Positions 47,750-53,521 of a stretch of DNA of 53,521 bases are shown piece after piece. The stretch lies in the IMG/VR virus record IMGVR_UViG_3300046058_000043, positions 1-53,521 of that record, one strand, 5' to 3'. The position numbers were made by a program, and so were the translations under genes. The DNA comes from a virus. The notes below the pieces were generated by a model, which ran no database searches, had not been told where the DNA came from, and was given only the letters and a program-made list of their open reading frames with translations. Positions within the stretch are counted from its first letter, which is position 1; every line of letters starts with the position of its first letter.

Positions 47750-49752
47750 GCAACCCGTTCACGAAGTCACTCGATCCGAACTTCCGCGGGCGCTACGTCC
47801 GCGTGGTCAGCAACGATGGCCAGGAACTCAAGGGCTGGCTAGAGCGGATGCACCATCACGACCGGCACGTCGTGCTGCGTGACGCCGTCGACGTCGACCG
47901 CGACGAGGAGCTCGGCGCAGCAATGGTCGCCCACGTCGACGTGATAGAAGTCGTTGATGCGCCCTCGCGGATCGAACGTGTCGCTCTCGAAGACGTCGAG
48001 CCGGCGCCGTACCACGCCCGGGACATCTCGGTAGAGGGGAACCGCCAGTACGTCGATCAGGTCCGCGACCGCGGGTTCGTCGGGTCGTATCCCGTCGTCC
48101 GGCCGATCCACTGCGGCTGGGAGATTGTCGAAGGGCACAAGCGGATCTGGGCCTGCCGTCAGGCTGGCCTCGATACCCATCCGGTCGAGATCGTCGACGT
48201 CGACGAGTGGACGGCCGCGCGCCGGTTCGTCGCCGACCACCTGCCCGACGAACGTCACGTCCAGGACGACGGGACGACCGGGAGCGGCTGGTACGGCGCC
48301 GAGGCGATCCCGTCGGCGATCGACGAGCTCGTCGGCCGCTGGGGGACCGAGGCGCTGGAGCTCGATCGCGTCGCGTTCAACGTCGACCGGCTCGACCTGG
48401 ACGTCGGCGAGGACACCGCCGCCGGCGCCGGCGTCGACGACGATGAGGAAGCGGCGGACGATGCGTCGATCGAGGCAGTCGAGACGGGTGCCGACGCCGT
48501 CTCGATCGAGGACCTCGCCGATGACATCACAGGCCTCGGCGACGTCGGCGTCGAGAACCTGCAGGCAGCAGGCTACGAGACCACGGCCGACCTGGAGGGC
48601 GCCACAAAGGGCGCCCTGTTGGACGTCGGCCGCGTTGGCGAGAAGATCGCGACCCAGTTGCTCGCCGAGGATGCTGGCGAGGACGACCAGGGCGGGGACG
48701 AGCCTCCGGAGACGGCGCCCGATACAACCATCTGTAATATCGAGGATTCGGCTGGTTCAGACGATGGCACTGTCGATCAGGGAGACGCCAGTGATCACGA
48801 GGAAGCCGAGGACCTCAACACGGGCGACGATCTCTCGGACGACCAGCAGGCGTTCACCCTCGAGTGGGGTCACTGGGGCCCGCCGCACAGCGGGACCTAC
48901 CACGTCGACGAAGACTGCTTTGCACTCGGTCGGTCGGACTCAGACCGCGAGCCCGTCCCGCTCCCGCAGCGCCGCGACGAACTGGCGGATGACGGGGACT
49001 GGTCGGCCTGTGGGCACTGCTCCGGCGCCGATGACGGCGAGGAATCCGAACCGGACGTCGTCGACGAACAGTCCGACGTCGAGTCCGAGGGCGACGTCGA
49101 CGTCGACGAGCCCGACCAGAAGGACGGGGCCCAGCTGACCGACGACACGTACCCCCGCGACTGTCACTGCGGTGCGACGCTCCAGAACTCGCTTGAGCTC
49201 GCGGTCCACCGGACCGAGGAGCACGGCGTTCCCCAGGAGAGAATCGGCCACCTCGAGCAGGGCGAGTTCGAGGCGATCGTGCAAGACGCCGACGACATCG
49301 CCGAGATCGCCGAAGCAGTCTCGTTCGGCATCGAGAAGACGATGCGGATGCTCGGCGTCTACGGTCTCGCCGACGTCGTCGGCGCGACCGATCTAGAGCT
49401 CTCGGACATCACCGACTTCGAGTTCGAGGGGGTCGGTGTCGATGGCGGCTCCAGCGACGACAGTGGCGGCGAGCGCGACGAGCGCACGTCACCGACGATC
49501 GACGTCGCCGACCTCAACGACCCGCTTGCCGATGACGCCAATGTCGACGGTGAAGGCGAGGAGAGCGGGTCCTCGGCCGACAAGCTGTCCGCCGCCGAGA
49601 TCAACGCGGCCGCGGACGAGCACGACTACCTCGCCGACGTCGCTGACGAGCTGGGCGTCGAGTCCCAGAAGGCTCGATCGCTTCTCGTGAGCCACGGACG
49701 GTACGGCGATGTCTCCGAAGCATCCCGCTACCACGGAGGTGTCAGCCAGTGA
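47746..49752 (+). CDS. Sm-like N-terminus + ParB/Srx-like nuclease domain + HhH + long acidic tail
   Basis: RYVRVVSNDGQELKGWLERMHHHDRHVVLRDAVDV (Sm1-like); VVRPIHCGWEIVEGHKRIWACRQAGL (ParB-like); ITGLGDVGVENLQAAGY (HhH-like). Confidence 0.6.
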   Translation: MSNPFTKSLDPNFRGRYVRVVSNDGQELKGWLERMHHHDRHVVLRDAVDVDRDEELGAAMVAHVDVIEVVDAPSRIERVALEDVEPAPYHARDISVEGNRQYVDQVRDRGFVGSYPVVRPIHCGWEIVEGHKRIWACRQAGLDTHPVEIVDVDEWTAARRFVADHLPDERHVQDDGTTGSGWYGAEAIPSAIDELVGRWGTEALELDRVAFNVDRLDLDVGEDTAAGAGVDDDEEAADDASIEAVETGADAVSIEDLADDITGLGDVGVENLQAAGYETTADLEGATKGALLDVGRVGEKIATQLLAEDAGEDDQGGDEPPETAPDTTICNIEDSAGSDDGTVDQGDASDHEEAEDLNTGDDLSDDQQAFTLEWGHWGPPHSGTYHVDEDCFALGRSDSDREPVPLPQRRDELADDGDWSACGHCSGADDGEESEPDVVDEQSDVESEGDVDVDEPDQKDGAQLTDDTYPRDCHCGATLQNSLELAVHRTEEHGVPQERIGHLEQGEFEAIVQDADDIAEIAEAVSFGIEKTMRMLGVYGLADVVGATDLELSDITDFEFEGVGVDGGSSDDSGGERDERTSPTIDVADLNDPLADDANVDGEGEESGSSADKLSAAEINAAADEHDYLADVADELGVESQKARSLLVSHGRYGDVSEASRYHGGVSQ

Positions 49753-49835
49753 ACCGCTGGTCCGGCGTTATCGTCGTGCTACTCGCCGCGGCCGCGCTGC
49801 TCGCGATCGTCGCGATCAACGGAGGTGGCGTCTGA
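49749..49835 (+). CDS. Possible 28-aa transmembrane peptide (GTG start)
   Basis: VNRWSGVIVVLLAAAALLAIVAINGGGV; GGAGGTGT 6 nt upstream; GTGA overlap. Confidence 0.3.
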   Translation: MNRWSGVIVVLLAAAALLAIVAINGGGV

Positions 49836-50141
49836 CGTGCGTCCGACGTGTCAGGCGGTTCGAACGCGAGGCTTTAAGAAGCGAGACTCCGTGGGACTCC
49901 GTAATCAGGATAGGAGAAATCGACGTTGCGGCCACACCCGTCGCTCGCGGGTTGTGGAGGCAGAGGGTAGGATATCTGTCTCTGCGGCGCGAGTGACCTT
50001 AAGCTTACCGGACAGCAGTAGCTGTGCGTATCTCCAGCGCAGCGGCGCTCACAGCTTCGAATCCAGCCGTTTAGCCCAGAGACTCGTGTGCGGAAGGACC
50101 CACCCGACGTTCGAACGCGGCGCCCAGCCGGTGGTCTGTCG

Positions 50142-52829
50142 ATGACCGGCGACGGCCTCCTGGGCGACCGCGAAGGAGAGCTGACGCTGACCAGCCAGGA
50201 CGTCGCGGCGCCGGTCGCGACGGTCGCCCTGGACGGCGACCGGACAGTAACCGAAGTGTGGCAGGACCTCCTGCTTGACTCGGATGTCCAGGACGAGTTC
50301 GTGCGCTCAGTGCGGGCCGTCGCTGCGGGCCGAACACCGACCGAGTTCGTCGACGCCCTCGAGGCGTCTGCCCTGGCGCCGTGGCTCCAGACGCCGATGG
50401 TCGCGATCGCCGCCGGCGAGAGCGAGGAACTGGACGAGGAGTTGCCACACCGCGCGACCGTCAAGTTCGTCGCCGGCATTCGGCAGCTCGGTTCGGCCTG
50501 GTACTCGGAGCTTGAGGAGATGTTCCCTGCAGCACGACTGTTTGGTGCTGGATCCCAACCCACGATCGCCGTCTCGATCGACCAGGAGACGTTCGGCGAC
50601 CAGCGCCGCGATCAGCGCGAGGCCCTCTGTCAGCTGCTGACCGCGCTCGCCCACCACTGCGATGTCCGGGTCGTCGGGAGCGGCCTCGACCACCGCTGGC
50701 TCGCTACCGAGCACCAGCGCAATCTCCCGGGCGATATTAGCGAGCAGTGCAGCACTGCCCGTAGTGAAGCACCACAGGCTGATCTGGTCGCGACGGCTCG
50801 CGACGAACTCAGCTACGATGGGTCCGAGGTTGCGATCCTCCGCGCACTTGCCGATGAGTCGACGGAGACGCTGTCGTACCACCAGCTTCGGCAGGCGACC
50901 GATCTCAGCCAGTCCCGGGCGTCGCAGTGCTTCAGCCGGCTGGAGGGCCTCGGCCTGATCGGGACGTTCCGGACCGGCAACAGCAAGAGCGCCGAACTGC
51001 TCGCCGCTGGCCGCCAGCTCGTCGACGAGTTCGACGAGGACCTTGGCCGGCAGCAGCAACTCCGGGCAGCCGTCGAGGACTACACCAGCCAGTCCGAGGA
51101 GGAAAGCGCAGGACGGGAGGGCGTTCCTGACGAGTTTAGCGACCCCCCAAAATCCTCCTCCAATAGCCGTGCCGCACGCGCATGCACGGGGGAGGGGGAG
51201 GCAGCGACCCGGCCGGACCGCTGCCGGCTGGCCGAGGTGCACGAGACGCACCTCCTCCCGCGGTGGCTGGGCGACGTGGCGGCTGTGGAGGCCGGCCAGC
51301 GCGACATCACGCTGCTGGATCACCCGATCGAGGAGCTGGAGGACCGGGGAACCCGGCTCTGGAGCTACGACCACGACGCCGATCGCCTGCTGGTCGCCGC
51401 GGAGTACGACAATCCCATGCAGCATGCGGTCTGCGTTGCACTCGCTTTAGCTGACGTCCGGACGTGGTCGGCAGTCGCCCCGCCGGAACGGATCAAGACC
51501 GACGTTGCCGCCGATCCGGAACTGATCCGAGACAAGCGCTGTATCGGCGCGTTCCCCGACGAGGCCATCGATGAGCCAGAGGTGTTCATCGAGAACATCA
51601 AGGAATGGGCAGCGGGCCTCTGCGAGATGACGCGGGACCTCTGGCACGGCAACTACCAGGACCGCAACAGCTTCCGGGGCGATATCACGCAGTCGGCCCT
51701 CGGGCTGATGGGCACGGTCTCCGACATGCTCGATCTCCTAGACGTCGACGTCGTCCGAGTGACGCAGGTCCCCCGGGCTCAGACGTTCGACGAGGTCGAC
51801 GAGCAGACGCTGGCCGAGCACATCGGCGTCTCGACGGCCGTGATGTCGCGGTACCGCGACTTCAGCGCCTACCGGCAGCTGTTCGAGGAGGACGAGGAGC
51901 GCCGTGCTGCGGTTCCGACGCTCGACGACGTCGACGCCACCGATCCGCACGGCGTGGTCACCACTCGGACCGTCGTTGTCGGGCCGAACGTCTCGGACTT
52001 TGAGAGCACGGTTCGATCGAGAGCCCGGAACCCGCGAGAGCTCCACGAGGACGCCCCGGAGTTCGCCGTCCCCGTCACGATCGGCAACGGCGGTCGTCGG
52101 CAGACCTACCACCAGTCGCTGCAGTCGGTGTGCTCCCGAAAGAACCTGGAGGCGACCGCCGAGACGACGGCGCTACTCCGGGCACTAACGGGGACGCCGG
52201 TCGACGCCGCGAGGGCGGTCAGCCAGGGCCTCAGCACCGAAGGCTTCCATCGCGAACTCCGCCCCGAGGAAGTCCGCGTCGCCCTCTCGACGCTGGACTG
52301 GCGGCGGATCCTCCCCGGAACGGGCGAGACCGTCCAGAAGGTCGTCAAGACGCTGCTGACTGCGACCGAACCGCTCAGTCAGCGGGAGCTGGCAGACCGC
52401 GCTGGCGTCACTGAGCAGTCGATCCGCGACAACCGGGGCGTCCTCGAAGCACTGGACCTGCTCCGCGAGACCGCGGACGGCTGGCGGCTTTCGCTGCCGT
52501 TCCGAACCAGCGAGGAGCGCTGGAGCGGCATCAAGCCGGAGCTTCTGGAGTGCTCGGCGATGACGACGGTCACTGACGTACTCTGGGAGATCGCGGAGGT
52601 CCTCGTCCCGACGGACCGACTCGTCGACCCTGACGATCCGATCGGCGGCGCGTTCTACGCTGCCGACCCGCCGGGCGAGCTGCAAGAGGTCTGGCCGGAG
52701 ATCGAGGCCTGGGTCGACGTCGTCGTAGCGCTGCTTGATCAGCCTGTGAGAACACAGGACATAGTGGTGTCCTTCGGCCCCTCGATCGAGCAACAGCCGA
52801 TCGCGGCGGTCCAGGGAGGTGCGGCATGA
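50142..52829 (+). CDS. Large orphan protein with at least two wHTH-like modules
   Basis: ATG 50142 in ORF 50088..52829; VAILRALADESTETLSYHQLRQATDLSQSRASQCFSRLEGLGLI and LSQRELADRAGVTEQSIRDNRGVLEALDLL; no Walker A seen. Confidence 0.65.
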   Translation: MTGDGLLGDREGELTLTSQDVAAPVATVALDGDRTVTEVWQDLLLDSDVQDEFVRSVRAVAAGRTPTEFVDALEASALAPWLQTPMVAIAAGESEELDEELPHRATVKFVAGIRQLGSAWYSELEEMFPAARLFGAGSQPTIAVSIDQETFGDQRRDQREALCQLLTALAHHCDVRVVGSGLDHRWLATEHQRNLPGDISEQCSTARSEAPQADLVATARDELSYDGSEVAILRALADESTETLSYHQLRQATDLSQSRASQCFSRLEGLGLIGTFRTGNSKSAELLAAGRQLVDEFDEDLGRQQQLRAAVEDYTSQSEEESAGREGVPDEFSDPPKSSSNSRAARACTGEGEAATRPDRCRLAEVHETHLLPRWLGDVAAVEAGQRDITLLDHPIEELEDRGTRLWSYDHDADRLLVAAEYDNPMQHAVCVALALADVRTWSAVAPPERIKTDVAADPELIRDKRCIGAFPDEAIDEPEVFIENIKEWAAGLCEMTRDLWHGNYQDRNSFRGDITQSALGLMGTVSDMLDLLDVDVVRVTQVPRAQTFDEVDEQTLAEHIGVSTAVMSRYRDFSAYRQLFEEDEERRAAVPTLDDVDATDPHGVVTTRTVVVGPNVSDFESTVRSRARNPRELHEDAPEFAVPVTIGNGGRRQTYHQSLQSVCSRKNLEATAETTALLRALTGTPVDAARAVSQGLSTEGFHRELRPEEVRVALSTLDWRRILPGTGETVQKVVKTLLTATEPLSQRELADRAGVTEQSIRDNRGVLEALDLLRETADGWRLSLPFRTSEERWSGIKPELLECSAMTTVTDVLWEIAEVLVPTDRLVDPDDPIGGAFYAADPPGELQEVWPEIEAWVDVVVALLDQPVRTQDIVVSFGPSIEQQPIAAVQGGAA

Positions 52830-53023
52830 CTCGCCGCTGCTCCAGCTGCGGGAATCCACTCACCCAGACGCCGTATGAGCTCTGGCTGTTCCACATCTGC
52901 CAGTCGTGCTACGCCGACCAGTCAACGCGGAAGTGGTCCGATAGCATCGGAACCGAACGGAAGTGGCGCTACGTCCCGCGCTGGCACATGGATGCCCTCC
53001 AGGACGGTGAGCCCGATGTCTGA
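52826..53023 (+). CDS. Mini zinc-ribbon protein
   Basis: MTRRCSSCGNPL...HICQSCY. Confidence 0.55.
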   Translation: MTRRCSSCGNPLTQTPYELWLFHICQSCYADQSTRKWSDSIGTERKWRYVPRWHMDALQDGEPDV

Positions 53024-53207
53024 GGATCGACTCGAACGTGCTGCCGCCGATGCGAACCACGTTTGCACAGTCTGCGGCGGCTACGTCAAATCGAAGCGTG
53101 AAGCCGAGGTTGATGCCGACGAGCGCTTCGGCCATCGGAGGTGTCTCGACGCTCTGAACCGCTCGCCTTTCTCGGACAGTGCTCAGGACGGTGATCGTGA
53201 TGTCTGA
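53016..53207 (+). CDS. Small zinc-binding protein
   Basis: ATGTCTGA junction; HVCTVCGG...HRRC. Confidence 0.5.
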   Translation: MSEDRLERAAADANHVCTVCGGYVKSKREAEVDADERFGHRRCLDALNRSPFSDSAQDGDRDV

Positions 53208-53334
53208 TAAGGCGACGTATCGGATCCACGATGAGCCGCCGGTCGTCACGGACGACCTGCAGGCAGTCCAGGCGGCGAAGCAACTCGGCTACGAGGTCAC
53301 GAAGGTCGATCAGGACGGTGATCGCGATGAGTGA
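53200..53334 (+). CDS. 44-aa protein, below cutoff
   Basis: MSDKATYRIHDEPPVVTDDLQAVQAAKQLGYEVTKVDQDGDRDE; coupled at both ends. Confidence 0.4.
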   Translation: MSDKATYRIHDEPPVVTDDLQAVQAAKQLGYEVTKVDQDGDRDE

Positions 53335-53521
53335 CGCCAACCAGTCCAGCGGCGGCCTGGGGCCCTGGGTCACTGACGACGAGATCGTCGCCGCGCTACG
53401 GGAGGCCTGGAACGCCGGCGAGCGCGACCCGCTTGAGGGCGGCGTCACCAGAGCAACGCTCGCCGACCGTGTGGATCTCTCGCCAACTCGCCTCAAGGCT
53501 CGCCTGCTCGACCTCCGTGAC
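53327..53521 (+). CDS. 5' part of junction-spanning wHTH-like gene (continues at 56..193)
   Basis: ATG 53327 (ATGAGTGA overlap); no stop before the window end; same frame as 5..193. Confidence 0.7.
   Translation, partial: MSDANQSSGGLGPWVTDDEIVAALREAWNAGERDPLEGGVTRATLADRVDLSPTRLKARLLDLRD
53467..53521. repeat. Exact 55-bp copy of window start
   Basis: Identical to 1-55. Confidence 0.9.

Noticed and set aside
49990-50075. The string gcttcgaatccagc resembles a tRNA T-loop.
   Set aside because: The position-53 equivalent is C rather than G, the flanks cannot form a T-stem, and there is no acceptor pairing on either strand.

Overview
The window is one complete, circularly closed replicon of about 53.47 kb. 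Bases 1-55 are identical to 53467-53521, and an ORF reads through that junction. I read it as a temperate tailed archaeal virus (Caudoviricetes, siphovirus-type tail module) or plasmid-like provirus of a halophilic archaeon. The host assignment is inference from very acidic predicted proteins, high GC, Tat-type lipoprotein signals, FxLYD-type domains, an Orc1/Cdc6 gene, TATA boxes about 25-30 nt upstream of ATGs, and GGAGGTGATC-type ribosome-binding sites.

Layout:
- 1-4.9 kb: small wHTH, zinc-finger and membrane genes, an HNH gene and a structured gap holding a tRNA-like element.
- 4.7-27.0 kb (+): a canonical morphogenesis block. It holds HNH, two small-terminase-like proteins flanking a ParB-MTase fusion, TerL, portal, XkdF-like protease/scaffold, HK97-type capsid, connector proteins and major tail protein. 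It continues with a chaperone carrying a G_GGA_AAC -1 frameshift site, the tape measure, distal tail proteins and two large FN3-rich fibre proteins.
- 27.0-36.2 kb: a visibly more A/T-rich, strand-switching accessory island. It holds two paralogous FxLYD Tat-lipoproteins, a membrane-anchored nuclease-like protein, a TumE-like/HVO_A0114-like pair and an HNH. It also holds ParA with a partner and iterated 9-mers, a zinc-ribbon plus minimal kinase-like pair, a third lipoprotein and HicAB.
- 36.2-37.2 kb: a repressor-like operon divergent from the early operon.
- 37.2-53.5 kb (+): a tightly coupled early/replication operon. It holds a SWIM protein, Orc1/Cdc6, an RHH pair, PadR, a tyrosine integrase, a ParB-like protein, a 913-aa multi-wHTH orphan and many mini zinc-ribbon genes.

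I saw no rRNA, CRISPR array or transposase. All functional calls come from motif recognition by eye; no searches were run.
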